Shown: in pieces, positions 1 to 9,562 of the stretch
How the letters are laid out: every line of letters starts with the position of its first letter
How positions within the stretch are numbered: position 1 is the first letter of the stretch
Assembly (NCBI RefSeq): GCF_000446015.1
Contig: NC_022093.1
Location: 1,020,001-1,052,000, forward strand
DNA: 32,000 bases
Reading direction: 5' to 3'
Origin: Thermofilum adornatum
GTDB lineage: Archaea > Thermoproteota > Thermoprotei > Thermofilales > Thermofilaceae
Notes under the pieces: generated by a model
The model's database searches: none
Seen by the model: the letters and a program-made list of their open reading frames with translations, nothing else
What the model was told of the DNA's origin: nothing
Made by a program: the position numbers and the translations under genes

Positions 1-92
1 GATTTGCTGTTGAATGGCTAAAGAAAAACCCCGAGCCGCCACCCATCGCAAGAAAAGAGTGGGACTCGTGGAAAAAACTCCTAGGTAAGTAG
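1..92 (+). CDS. 3' end of an unidentified CDS entering from upstream of the window (..FAVEWLKKNPEPPPIARKEWDSWKKLLGK*)
   Basis: Frame 3 is open from the window edge to TAG at 90-92. It is too short to assign a family. Confidence 0.3.
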   Translation, partial: FAVEWLKKNPEPPPIARKEWDSWKKLLGK

Positions 93-158
93 CCGTCTCA
101 ATACAGTTATGGCTATAAACCAGAAAAACAATTAAGGAAGTATTTTCATATCGACAAC

Positions 159-779
159 ATGGTCGAACTATCCAAAAAGTACTTTGCTCATCCAACTGCA
201 ATCATTGAGGACGGCGCAGAAATAGGAGAAGGCACACGTATCTGGCACTTTGCACATATAAGGAGTGGAGCAAAGGTAGGCAGGAACTGTAACATAGGGA
301 AGGATGTATATATTGACCAAGGAGCAGTAGTAGGCAACAATGTCAAGATACAGAACGGTGTATCCGTGTATCGGGGCGTAATAATTGAGGACAATGTGTT
401 TGTTGGCCCCTACGCAGTCTTTACAAATGACAAGTATCCGAGGGCATTTTCGACTGACTGGGAAGTAGTAAAGACAACGATAAAGGAGGGGGCATCCATA
501 GGGGCGAACGCTACCATTGTGTGTGGAGTTACCATTGGAAGGTACGCGATGGTGGCGGCGGGTAGCGTGGTAACAAAGGATGTTCCAGACCACGGGCTCG
601 TCATGGGCAATCCGGCGAGACTTGTGGGTTTTGTCTGTTACTGTGGTAGGCCGCTCAAGGAGGTTATACGGGAGACCGAAAACAGTGTGCTTTTAAAGTG
701 TCTGCACTGTGGTAGGGAAGTTTCTATATCGAGAGAGCTCTACAGCAGAGTCGCCAGGGCAAAGGATAGCAAAGATTAA
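159..779 (+). CDS. Left-handed beta-helix (hexapeptide-repeat) sugar N-acetyltransferase, WbpD/WlbB-like, with a C-terminal Cys4 zinc-ribbon-like tail
   Basis: Repeated [LIV]-G-x4 hexapeptide turns (IGEGTRI, VGRNCNI, VGNNVKI, IGANATI, IGRYAMV) and the typical [10 protein letters not shown] loop. The C-terminus carries CYCG..17 aa..CLHCG. Confidence 0.85.
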   Translation: MVELSKKYFAHPTAIIEDGAEIGEGTRIWHFAHIRSGAKVGRNCNIGKDVYIDQGAVVGNNVKIQNGVSVYRGVIIEDNVFVGPYAVFTNDKYPRAFSTDWEVVKTTIKEGASIGANATIVCGVTIGRYAMVAAGSVVTKDVPDHGLVMGNPARLVGFVCYCGRPLKEVIRETENSVLLKCLHCGREVSISRELYSRVARAKDSKD

Positions 780-844
780 CTCGGTTATCTTTACAGTATG
801 TTAATACTCAAGTTTAATTTTCCAAAAATGTAAAAAATATAATT

Positions 845-2452
845 GTGGATAAAGATATTTTACTATCAATAGACATAGGCACGACAACTGTAAAGGTTGC
901 TCTTTTTGACTCGGTTGGAAACCTTTTAGCTGTAGATGGTAAGGAATACCCAACGTACTATCCTAAACCGGGATGGGCTGAACAAGACCCGGAAGACTGG
1001 TGGGAAACTGTAGTAGAGGTTACAAGGACTGTTATCAGGAAGTCCCACATTGACCCCTCAAGAATAGCAGGTATCAATGTTAGTAGCCAGAGAGAGACTC
1101 TAGCTTTAATAGACTCAAACGGAAAGAGTTTAGGAAGAGTCCCAATATGGATGGATAGGCGTAGCGCTCCCCAGGCTGAGAGGATAAAGAAGGAGAATGA
1201 TGTTAGGGAGATCTACCGGAGGACAGGCCTGGTTGTCGACGCCACGTTTACAGCTACAAAGCTGTTGTGGTACAAGGAGAATGAACCCGAAGTACTTAAA
1301 AGGGCAAAGAAGGGGCTACAGCCCAAAGACTATGTTATATACAAGCTTACCGGCAGGCCAATTACCGACCATACTGTTGCATCTAGGACAATGCTGTTCA
1401 ACATAGTAAAGTTGCAATGGGACCAGGAACTATTCGACATGCTGAAGCTGTCAGAATACATCGACCTGTTCCCTGAGTCTCTAAACAGCGACGAGATTGT
1501 TGGGACCCTAAGCGAAGAGGCGGCTAGGATCCTGGGCCTTCCCACAGACATAGAGGTACTTGCTGGGATGGGGGACAGGCAAGCAGAAGTTCTAGGAGCG
1601 GGGATATTTGAGTCTTCAAGAGTAGAAGAATCAACAGGTACAGGCTCTACGACTGCAACAATGGTTGACAGGCCGCTACTCGACGAAAAAATGAGGTTTT
1701 CGGTTGGGGCTTCACCCATAAGGAATACTTGGGTAATTGAGGCAGGTATGAGTACTGCAGGCGCCATACTTAGGTGGTTCAGAGACCAGGTCGCTGAAAG
1801 CGTACAACAGCTGGCAAGCTCTACTAGGAGGAGGGCCTACGAATACCTAGACATGGAAGCCGAATACATACCTCCAGGCTCAAACGGGCTAATTGTTTTG
1901 CCGTTCTTTTCTGGAGCCAGGTCTCCAAGGTGGAACCCCTATGCTAGAGGTGTCATATTTGGGCTAACTGTATACCACACTAGGTCACACATTTTCAGAG
2001 CCATGATGGAGGGAATAGCCTACGAGATAAGAAAAATACTCGAGGTTTTCGGCGAGCTAGGAATAAGGCCGAGCGAGCTTATACTCATGGGTGGAGGAGC
2101 AAAGTCGCCGACCTGGGCAAGGATAAAGGCAAACGTCACAAAGCTAGAAGTAGTCCTGCCAGAACTCCTAGACGCAGCGCTAGCTGGCGACGCGTTAATA
2201 ACGAGTACAGCTCTAGGACTCTTTGAGTCACACCGGGAAGCCGCCAAGGGATTTTTCAAAGAAAGGGCTAGGATACGCCCAGACCCCAAGGAAGCCTCCA
2301 TTTACGACGCTTATTATGCCATATACGACAAGTTATACACGCAGCTGGAGCCACTTTACAGGGAAATTTCATCTATAAGCGAGCTTACTCCTACTCCTCC
2401 CCCCTGGGACATAGACCGACTAATACACCTCTTATTCAAGTTGCATGAATAA
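845..2452 (+). CDS. FGGY-family carbohydrate kinase (xylulokinase/glycerol-kinase-like)
   Basis: N-terminal LSIDIGTTTVKVALFD phosphate-1 motif, GWAEQDPEDWW, and C-terminal GGGAKSPTW motif. GTG start at 845 with an A/T-rich TATA-like stretch just upstream. Confidence 0.85.
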   Translation: MDKDILLSIDIGTTTVKVALFDSVGNLLAVDGKEYPTYYPKPGWAEQDPEDWWETVVEVTRTVIRKSHIDPSRIAGINVSSQRETLALIDSNGKSLGRVPIWMDRRSAPQAERIKKENDVREIYRRTGLVVDATFTATKLLWYKENEPEVLKRAKKGLQPKDYVIYKLTGRPITDHTVASRTMLFNIVKLQWDQELFDMLKLSEYIDLFPESLNSDEIVGTLSEEAARILGLPTDIEVLAGMGDRQAEVLGAGIFESSRVEESTGTGSTTATMVDRPLLDEKMRFSVGASPIRNTWVIEAGMSTAGAILRWFRDQVAESVQQLASSTRRRAYEYLDMEAEYIPPGSNGLIVLPFFSGARSPRWNPYARGVIFGLTVYHTRSHIFRAMMEGIAYEIRKILEVFGELGIRPSELILMGGGAKSPTWARIKANVTKLEVVLPELLDAALAGDALITSTALGLFESHREAAKGFFKERARIRPDPKEASIYDAYYAIYDKLYTQLEPLYREISSISELTPTPPPWDIDRLIHLLFKLHE

Positions 2453-2534
2453 ACTTTAAGCGAGAAAGTGAAAGTTAAGATAAACCAAAGATATTTTTTA
2501 GAAATAGTTGGTCAAAAACAAAAACATAGAAGGC

Positions 2535-5276
2535 TTATTCCCTGAGCGCACCTATGACGTCTCTGATCGATATAACTCCTACAGGCTCAGAACCCCTTGT
2601 TACCACCAAGTGTCTTATCCCGTTTTCTGACATGAGTGCTACAGCTGTCTGCAGTGACGCGTCCACGGGAACTGTCACTACATTTGTGGATGCTATACTT
2701 GCTACGGTTTTGTCAAAGTCCAGCTCGTTCTTTAGGGCGTTTACAAGGTCGTACTCTGATACAACGCCGTAAAGCCTTCCACCATCGAGAAGCACCACTA
2801 GGCCTACATCCTTTTCACTCATTAGTTTTGCAACAGTTCTAATTGCGTCTCTCGGGCTAGCTGAAACAATTGTCTTCTTCATCCAGTCTCCCACCTTAAG
2901 TCTAGACAATGTGTTTTTCAAGGCCTCGTCTATCACGAGCAAGTGTTCGCCCAATAGGTCCCGCGCGCTCACGACACCAAATAGCTCATTGTTCTTTGTC
3001 ACAACGAGATGCCTTATCTTCTTCTGGGAAAGCAGTTTAAGTGCCTCATGATAGGGGGTAGAAGCATCCACAGCCACCACGTCTCGCCTCATAACGTCAC
3101 CTACGGGTGTCTTGAAGCCGGCATTTATGGCTATGCCCCTAACAATGTCTCTCTCGGAGACAACCCCCTCGACTTTTTTCCCGTCACTGCTGACAACTGC
3201 AAACTTTTCCTCGAGAAGTTTGTGTGCAAGCTCCTTTATGGGCATCGACGGGGGTACGACTAACGGCTTACGCACAAATTGCTCGATGCTCTTCCAGACC
3301 TCGCTCTTCAACTCTTCGAACAGCTTTCTAGCTTCGTCCACAGATGTCTCGTCCTCTAGGGTAGAAACGTCTCCAAGAGGTGCGTTGAGCGCTATAGACC
3401 TGAGTAGTCGACGCATAATTTTTCCAGACCTCGTCTTTGGAACCTTTGACACGAAAAACACAGTTGAAGGCTCAGCAATGGGGCCAATAGCATTCCTTAC
3501 ATGTCTCCTAAGTTCTTCACGAAGCTCCGGCCCAGCTTTGAACCCTTGCTTCAAAACCACAAAGGCTACGGGTGTCTCAGCCTTTATGGGGTCGGGGACA
3601 CCGACAACTGCCGCCTCTGCAACAGCCGGGTGGCCGACAAGGGCAGACTCAATTTCATATGTGCCGAGCCTGTGGCCCGCGACCTTTAGTACTTCGTCGG
3701 CTCTTCCAAGCACCCAGATAAAGCCGTCCTGGTCCTTTACAGCAAAGTCCCCCGCATAAAAGTAGCCTGGGAACCTAGCCCAGTACGTAGCCTTATACCT
3801 CTCTGGGTCGCCCCATATACCGTGAAGCATTCCAGGCCAAGGTCTCTTAATCACAAGGTAGCCCTTGACGCCTGGCGGCACGCTTTCGCCCTTTGCATCT
3901 ACAATGTCTGCCTCTATGCCTGGCAATGGGGGACCATTTGTCCCGGGCTTCATGGGTACAAGGAAGAACCCAGGCGTATGAGAAATCATTATTCCGCCGG
4001 TCTCGGTCATCCACCACGTTGATCCCAGCACTACCTTCTCGTTGCCTAGAACCCTATAGGTCCATCTCCATGCCTCTGGATTAATCGGTTCTCCAACAGA
4101 GTGGATAATCCTTAGCGAAGACAAGTCGTGCCTTCTCGGCCAATCCTCGCCAAACTTCATAAACATTCGTATAGCTGTAGGGCTAGTATAAAAAACGGAG
4201 ACCTTGTAACGCTCGATGATGCTCCACCAGCGATCCGGCTGTGGATAGTCTGGAGCACCCTCGTAGACAACCTGGGTTGCGCCGACGAGCATTGGCCCAA
4301 GAACCACATAAGAGTGGCCAGTGACCCAGCCAACGTCTGCTGTACACCAGTAGACATCGTGTTCACGTATATCGAAGACCCACTTCATTGTTGCATATAC
4401 GTGAACGGCCCAGCCACCAGTATCGTGGACTATACCCTTAGGCTTCCCAGTAGTTCCAGAGGTGTACAGGATAAAGGATGGATGCTCGCTTTCAAGCCTC
4501 TCAGGCTCTACAAAAACATCGCTTGGGACTTCTCTAAGCAAATCATGTAGCCAGTAGTCTCTGCCCTCCCTCATCGGCACGTTATTTAGACCTATCCTCT
4601 TCACTACAACGACCTTCTCAACAGAACGGGCCCTCTCCACGGCCTTGTCGGCTGTCTCTTTTAGTGGGACGATCTTCCCCCTCCTCCAGAACCCGTCAGC
4701 AGTTATGAGTAGCTTGGCACCAGCATCGTTTATCCTGTCAGCAAGGGCCTCAGCCGAGAAGCCGGAGAAAACTACACTTGTAATAGCTCCAATCCTCCAC
4801 GCAGCCAACATGAAAATAATCGTTTCGGGGATCATTGGCAAATAGATGGATATTCTGTCTCCCTTACCTACACCGAGCCTCTTCAATACATAGGCCGCCT
4901 TGTTGACCTCTCGGAGAAGTTCCCCATACGTGTATCTCATGACCTCGAGAGGCATACCATTTCCGTCTACGGGTTCGCCCTCCCAAATCAGGGCAACCTT
5001 GTTTCCTCTACCCTTCTTGACATTTAGGTCCAGCGCGAGGTAAGACAGGTTTATCTTTCCGCCGACAAACCACTTATAGAAAGGAGGATTAGAGTCGTCC
5101 AACAAGTTCTTCCACTTTTCAAACCACTCAAGCTCACTAGCGACACCATCCCAAAACTCATTGAAATTCTTCAAAGTCTCGGCATGCCTTCTCCAGTAGT
5201 CCTCAATTCTCTGAAACACGAACTTGTCGTTTGTAACATACTCCCCAAATGGAAGGCTCCCCGGTTCCATCGTCAA
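2535..5276 (-). CDS. acs: AMP-forming acetyl-CoA synthetase fused to four C-terminal CBS domains (two Bateman modules)
   Basis: Core ACS motifs are YTSGTTGKPKG, WWMTETGG, YFYAGDFA and PKTRSGKIMRR. Residues ~660-913 (nt ~2538-3299) contain four repeats of the CBS pattern (..VVSERDIV.., ..VVSARDLL.., ..VVSEYDLV.., ..VISIRDVI..). Confidence 0.9.
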   Translation of the reverse strand: MTMEPGSLPFGEYVTNDKFVFQRIEDYWRRHAETLKNFNEFWDGVASELEWFEKWKNLLDDSNPPFYKWFVGGKINLSYLALDLNVKKGRGNKVALIWEGEPVDGNGMPLEVMRYTYGELLREVNKAAYVLKRLGVGKGDRISIYLPMIPETIIFMLAAWRIGAITSVVFSGFSAEALADRINDAGAKLLITADGFWRRGKIVPLKETADKAVERARSVEKVVVVKRIGLNNVPMREGRDYWLHDLLREVPSDVFVEPERLESEHPSFILYTSGTTGKPKGIVHDTGGWAVHVYATMKWVFDIREHDVYWCTADVGWVTGHSYVVLGPMLVGATQVVYEGAPDYPQPDRWWSIIERYKVSVFYTSPTAIRMFMKFGEDWPRRHDLSSLRIIHSVGEPINPEAWRWTYRVLGNEKVVLGSTWWMTETGGIMISHTPGFFLVPMKPGTNGPPLPGIEADIVDAKGESVPPGVKGYLVIKRPWPGMLHGIWGDPERYKATYWARFPGYFYAGDFAVKDQDGFIWVLGRADEVLKVAGHRLGTYEIESALVGHPAVAEAAVVGVPDPIKAETPVAFVVLKQGFKAGPELREELRRHVRNAIGPIAEPSTVFFVSKVPKTRSGKIMRRLLRSIALNAPLGDVSTLEDETSVDEARKLFEELKSEVWKSIEQFVRKPLVVPPSMPIKELAHKLLEEKFAVVSSDGKKVEGVVSERDIVRGIAINAGFKTPVGDVMRRDVVAVDASTPYHEALKLLSQKKIRHLVVTKNNELFGVVSARDLLGEHLLVIDEALKNTLSRLKVGDWMKKTIVSASPRDAIRTVAKLMSEKDVGLVVLLDGGRLYGVVSEYDLVNALKNELDFDKTVASIASTNVVTVPVDASLQTAVALMSENGIRHLVVTRGSEPVGVISIRDVIGALRE

Positions 5277-5352
5277 TCGCCAAAAAACCTTTAGACAACT
5301 GTATTATTAAGCAATATTCAAAATAAATCATGACAAATCGCAGAGCACTAGG

Positions 5353-5359
5353 AAAAAAA
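5353..5359 (-). terminator. Oligo-T termination signal directly after the tRNA 3' end
   Basis: The minus strand reads ..CCA-TTTTTTT. Archaeal RNA polymerase terminates at T runs. Confidence 0.5.
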
Positions 5360-5455
5360 TGGAGCCCCGGCCGGGGTTTGAACCCGGGACCTCCGCCTAT
5401 CCGGAAGGACTAGTTCTTACCAGAGCGGCGCTCTACCGAGCTGAGCTACCGGGGC
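5360..5455 (-). tRNA. tRNA-Thr (anticodon GGU) with a 19-nt intron after position 37 and a genomically encoded CCA
   Basis: Hand-folded cloverleaf on the minus strand. Acceptor GCCCCGG/CCGGGGC; D arm GCUC-AGCUCGGUA-GAGC; anticodon stem CCGCU/GGCGG; loop CU-GGU-A. Insert AGAACUAGUCCUUCCGGAU; its CCGG pairs with loop CUGG, BHB-like. Variable loop AGGUC; T arm CCGGG-UUCAAAC-CCCGG; discriminator U; CCA. 77 nt mature plus 19 nt intron = 96 nt. Confidence 0.85.
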
Positions 5456-5558
5456 TCGACTTCAGATGTCTTACTGAGTAATAGCTTTGTGGGGTTTAAA
5501 TTTTTTGTGGGATGAGCAATTCTTCTATAGTTGTGTCTCTCATTTTCCTGGAGTGTTA

Positions 5559-6527
5559 CTATATATTTTCCTTTCTTACTCCTTCCTCTTCCAGGTTGAC
5601 GGTTAGAACGTTTGTTGCGTGGCTTTTTAGTGCGCTGATTATTTTTTCGGCGTCGTTTTCTCTGCATAGGGCTACGATGTATCCTCCCCCTCCGGCGCCT
5701 GTTAACTTTGCGCCTAGGGCTCCGTTTTCTCTGGCAGTATGTACGAGTAGCTCTATTTCCTTCGTTGAGACGCCTACAGCTGAGAGAAGGCCATGATTTA
5801 TATTCATAAGTATTCCCAGGTTTTCGTAGTCTCCTTTCTCCAAAAGTTGGGCCGCCTCTACGACTAGCTTTCCAGCAGAATAGTAGATTGGGTCTAGTAT
5901 ACTTGGATAAGTGTTTTTAAGTGCAAGCACCCTGCGAACCATTTCGCCCGTGTTTCTGGGGTTGCCTGTGTCTGCCAATACTAGCTTTACCCCTCTAAAG
6001 ATTGGTTTTAGCTGGATGAATCCCTCTCCTTTCCTATATGCAATGGCCCCGCCAAAAGTGGCTATGGTGTTGTCTATTCCACTGGGTTTTCCATGGACAA
6101 CTTTTTCTGCCTCGTAGGCTAGGTCTGACACTTTTCTGGGGTCTAGCTGGAGGCCCAAGGCTAGGCTTGTTGCGTGGACTGTGGCGACTGCGACTGCCGC
6201 GCTCGAGCCCATTCCGCTACCTGGAGGTATCTGCGAGTCTATGTGTATGTTTAGGCCTGTTTTTTTGTCGGCCTCAAGCATCGCAGTGTATGCCGCAACG
6301 GCGACTGGGGTCATTTTGCCCGTCCAGCTGTCCCTCTGGTTAAGCGGGAAAGTCTCAGTGAGGTCGAAGTTTTTCGAGTACACCTTGATTTCGTCGCTCT
6401 GCGTGGGCTCCACAGTTACATATGCCCTTAGCGAAACGGCTATAGCTATTGCTGGCTGTCCCTCGACGACAAAGTGTTCACCGAATAGGATAACTTTTCC
6501 AGGTGCGCTTGAGGTAATCCTAGACAT
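5559..6527 (-). CDS. mvk: Mevalonate kinase (GHMP kinase family)
   Basis: N-terminal SAPGKVILFGEHFVV, GHMP motif PPGSGMGSSAA, and C-terminal KLTGAGGGG. Confidence 0.85.
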   Translation of the reverse strand: MSRITSSAPGKVILFGEHFVVEGQPAIAIAVSLRAYVTVEPTQSDEIKVYSKNFDLTETFPLNQRDSWTGKMTPVAVAAYTAMLEADKKTGLNIHIDSQIPPGSGMGSSAAVAVATVHATSLALGLQLDPRKVSDLAYEAEKVVHGKPSGIDNTIATFGGAIAYRKGEGFIQLKPIFRGVKLVLADTGNPRNTGEMVRRVLALKNTYPSILDPIYYSAGKLVVEAAQLLEKGDYENLGILMNINHGLLSAVGVSTKEIELLVHTARENGALGAKLTGAGGGGYIVALCRENDAEKIISALKSHATNVLTVNLEEEGVRKENI

Positions 6528-6575
6528 AGAAAAAGTGAGTGGATAGATTGGTATATTTTTAGCGTTGTAGCGTTG

Positions 6576-7958
6576 CTAGGGCTTGATGCCTTTTTCCAGC
6601 AATAGTGCTTTTATTTTTTCAATAGATCTCTGTATAGCCTCTGCTGGGTATTCGTGTGCTGGAAGCTTTCCATCGAGGAAGTCCTGGTACGCGGCAAGGT
6701 CGAGTAAACCGTGCCCGCTGAGGTTAAACAATATTACTTTTTCTTCGCCTTTTTGTTTGGCTTTTATCGCCTCGTCGATTACTGCTTTTATAGCGTGGGC
6801 GCTTTCTGGGGCTGGCACTATTCCCTCGGTCTGTGCGAAGAGCCTCGCAGCCTCGAAGACCTCTACTTGGTTATATGCTGTGCTTTCATATATTCCAGCC
6901 TTCTTCAGGAGGCTCAGGGTAGGTGCGGCGCCATGGTATCTTAGGCCTCCTGCGTGGATGGGTGGAGGTATAAAGTCGTGTCCAAGAGTGTACATCTTTA
7001 GTAGGGGTGTTAGTCCCGCGGTGTCCCCGTAGTCGTACATGTATTCGCCCTTAGTCATGGATGGACATGACGCCGGCTCTACGGCTAGGAACCGTGTCCT
7101 CTTGGGCGCTTTTCCGGATCTGACAAGATAGTAGAATGGATACGATATTCCGGCGAAGTTGCTTCCTCCACCCACGCAGCCTATGACAATGTCTGGGAAC
7201 TCGTCTTCCGCTTCGAGTTGCTTTATTGCCTCTAGCCCTATAACTGTCTGATGCAACAAGACGTGGTTGAGCACGCTTCCAAGGCTATACTTTGTATCCT
7301 CATGAGATATTGCGTCTTCTAGGGCCTCGCTTATCGCTATTCCCAGGGAGCCGGGATTGTCAGGGTCCTTTTCCAGTATGCTTCTTCCATACTTTGTCCT
7401 GTTGCTCGGGCTTGGGACTACTTCTGCCCCCCACGTCCTCATCAGTATGGCTCTGTATGGCTTCTGCATGTAGCTGACCTTAACCATGTATATCGTCAGC
7501 TTTAGGCCAAAAAGCATTGTCGCGAACGAGAGTGCAGATCCCCACTGCCCAGCACCAGTCTCTGTAGTTAGTCTCTCTACTCCTTCCCTTGCATTATAGT
7601 ATGCCTGGGCAACCGCCGTGTTGGGTTTATGGCTTCCCGGCGGACTAACGCCTTCGTACTTGTAATATATCCTAGCGGGGGTTCTAAGTGCCTTTTCGAG
7701 ACGATATGCACGGATGAGGGGGGTTGGCCTCCAGATTCTGTATACATCGAGCACTTCTTCTGGTATGGGTATGAATCTTTCCTGTGACATTTCCTGTCTA
7801 ATAAGTTCTTTTGGAAATATGGGCTCAAGGTCTTTGGGCGAGACCGGCTGGCCAGTGACTGGGTTAAGTGGCGGCGGAAGAGGCTCTGGCAGGTCTGGCA
7901 GGATGTTGTACCATTCCCGTGGCATCTCATCTTCATCTAGATGTATCTTTTTGTTCAT
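6576..7958 (-). CDS. trpB: TrpB2-type tryptophan synthase beta-like PLP enzyme (stand-alone)
   Basis: Typical TrpB2 N-terminus ([22 protein letters not shown]..), then HKPNTA (PLP lysine), [11 protein letters not shown] and GLRYHG. The start is moved to the ATG at 7958. The 30 extra codons of the ORF-track model ([11 protein letters not shown]..) read through A/T-rich promoter sequence. Confidence 0.85.
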   Translation of the reverse strand: MNKKIHLDEDEMPREWYNILPDLPEPLPPPLNPVTGQPVSPKDLEPIFPKELIRQEMSQERFIPIPEEVLDVYRIWRPTPLIRAYRLEKALRTPARIYYKYEGVSPPGSHKPNTAVAQAYYNAREGVERLTTETGAGQWGSALSFATMLFGLKLTIYMVKVSYMQKPYRAILMRTWGAEVVPSPSNRTKYGRSILEKDPDNPGSLGIAISEALEDAISHEDTKYSLGSVLNHVLLHQTVIGLEAIKQLEAEDEFPDIVIGCVGGGSNFAGISYPFYYLVRSGKAPKRTRFLAVEPASCPSMTKGEYMYDYGDTAGLTPLLKMYTLGHDFIPPPIHAGGLRYHGAAPTLSLLKKAGIYESTAYNQVEVFEAARLFAQTEGIVPAPESAHAIKAVIDEAIKAKQKGEEKVILFNLSGHGLLDLAAYQDFLDGKLPAHEYPAEAIQRSIEKIKALLLEKGIKP

Positions 7959-8056
7959 AACTTGTCTATTTTGTTCATTGATGTATATAAATTTTTCTTT
8001 TATGTACATTTTAGAGAAGAATGAATATAAATGGAGGTTTATCACCATAAAGAATT

Positions 8057-8569
8057 ATGGATAAGTCGTTTTGGAAACATGTAGAAGAAGTTCTAGGGTC
8101 GGGCAAAAGAATCCAGATAGCAAGAACTCTACTAAAATACGGGCTAAGCGTGAGAGGAGAAGACGTATACATTGGCGACAAAGTAAAAGTTACGGTAACT
8201 TCACTCGCGGAAGAAGCAGGCGTAGACAGGAGAGTAGTTATGGAGGTTCTTAAACAGATAAATAACGACGACTTCCTCAGGGAATTTTTCTTACACCTCA
8301 GGCCAGCAGGCCCCTCACTCGTGTCGGTTTCACGTCTGCTGGGTTACAGGTGCCTAGTTGTGGAGATCTTTGAAGACAAACCGGGCATAATTGCCTGGGT
8401 CGCTAACGCATTGGCCGAGAAGGATATAAACATTCTACAGGTGGTCGCGGAGGATCCGAACATATATGAAGAGCCCAAGCTCTACGTCGTCGTCTCGCAG
8501 CCTGTTCCCAGCGAGGTCATTGAGAAGATTCTCCAGCACCCGGCAATTAAGCGTGTGTCAATAAGCTAA
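8057..8569 (+). CDS. ACT-domain regulator of amino-acid metabolism with an N-terminal HTH-like domain (COG2150-like)
   Basis: The N-terminal ~70 aa are helical and DNA-binding-like (RIQIARTLLKYGLSV). The C-terminal ~80 aa show an ACT pattern (CLVVEIFEDKPGIIAWVANALAEKDINILQV). The gene is divergent from trpB2. Confidence 0.6.
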   Translation: MDKSFWKHVEEVLGSGKRIQIARTLLKYGLSVRGEDVYIGDKVKVTVTSLAEEAGVDRRVVMEVLKQINNDDFLREFFLHLRPAGPSLVSVSRLLGYRCLVVEIFEDKPGIIAWVANALAEKDINILQVVAEDPNIYEEPKLYVVVSQPVPSEVIEKILQHPAIKRVSIS

Positions 8570-9540
8570 AGTGAATTAGCAGCATCAATTAATTCTTTCA
8601 GGATATTTTCCATGTAGGCGCTGGGAACCTTGTAGCTAAACGCCGCCAAGTGTCCACCCCCTCCACCATAGCTTCTCGCTATGTCTGCAACGATCTTTGA
8701 TATCTTTTCATAGCTGTTTTTGGCCGGTGCTCTATACGTGATGAGTGTAGCTGTTTCTCCCAGTCTTGTCAGCAGGATAACGGGTTTTTCCTTTTCGCCT
8801 GCGAGGACAGATGCTATTCTCCCAATGAATCCATATACCCGTCTGTTTCTTAGGTCAGCTATTAACAGGTTGTCTGACTCAAAGATTGTGCTTTGCTTTG
8901 CCTCTTGGTATAATTCCCTGTAGATTTTTTCTCCCTCTTGGGCCGCCTCTGCTGCCTCATCTGGGACTATTATTTTCTTGTTTAGCCAAGACGATAGTAT
9001 CTTTTTCCTGAGCTGTTCCTCGCGAGTCTTGTATGCCAGGGCAATGCTAAGGGTTTCTAGGGAATGGTGCAGGGGGTCATCTTTCTCGAGCTTTATTGCT
9101 AGATCGGATGCTTCTCCCAGCTTTATTATGCTTTCGTAGAAGGAAGGGTCAGAAGTGTTCTGAAGGAATTTTCTAGCTATTGAGGCCGCTGATCTTGTGT
9201 TTTCGAGTATTGTTTGGATTCCTATCTTTGTCAATTTGTCTGAGAAACTTAGCGTGGACGGGTGATGATCCAGCCATATTATTTTTCCCCTCTTTGAGAT
9301 GTCATATAAGAGAAGAGATAATTTTGGCCATAGTTCTGTATCGATCGCTATGTCGACGAGGTAGAGTTCTTCAAATTCTTCGGGAACCTGCAGCAGCGTC
9401 TTGTCGAGTTCGTGGGGCTGGGAAAATAGAAATATCAGCCTTGTTTCTGGATGCTTCTTTCTAATGGTGTCAGCTATGACTGCTGTAGCAGACATTCCGT
9501 CAAGGTCCCCATGAGAGATAAAAATCGTGGGTTTAGACAT
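8566..9540 (-). CDS. DHH/DHHA1-family phosphoesterase (NrnA/RecJ-like)
   Basis: Motif I is SHGDLDGMSA, motif III is WLDHHP, and the DHHA1 motif is GGGGGH. It is the last gene of the four-gene minus-strand operon. Confidence 0.75.
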   Translation of the reverse strand: MSKPTIFISHGDLDGMSATAVIADTIRKKHPETRLIFLFSQPHELDKTLLQVPEEFEELYLVDIAIDTELWPKLSLLLYDISKRGKIIWLDHHPSTLSFSDKLTKIGIQTILENTRSAASIARKFLQNTSDPSFYESIIKLGEASDLAIKLEKDDPLHHSLETLSIALAYKTREEQLRKKILSSWLNKKIIVPDEAAEAAQEGEKIYRELYQEAKQSTIFESDNLLIADLRNRRVYGFIGRIASVLAGEKEKPVILLTRLGETATLITYRAPAKNSYEKISKIVADIARSYGGGGGHLAAFSYKVPSAYMENILKELIDAANSL

Positions 9541-9562
9541 AGATACTAGGCCTTCTGCATAA

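Noticed and set aside
168-610. Three antisense ORFs (141, 68 and 66 aa) inside the hexapeptide acetyltransferase gene
   Set aside because: They lie entirely within a strongly supported plus-strand gene, have no motifs, and their composition is typical of shadow frames.
3112-3759. A 215-aa plus-strand ORF (S/T/A/L-rich), plus several 60-140-aa ORFs opposite the acs gene
   Set aside because: They are antisense shadows of a 913-aa gene with unambiguous ACS motifs. The translations are low-complexity.
5446-5667. A 73-aa K/R-rich minus-strand ORF (MQRKRRRKNNQRTKKPRNKRS..)
   Set aside because: It overlaps the 3' end of mvk in another frame and runs into the tRNA gene. It reflects an A-rich strand rather than a gene.
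7959-8048. A 30-codon N-terminal extension of the TrpB2 ORF ([30 protein letters not shown])
   Set aside because: It is an A/T-rich, promoter-like sequence that would leave no room for the divergent promoters. The TrpB2 family N-terminus starts at the internal MNKK.. Met (7958).
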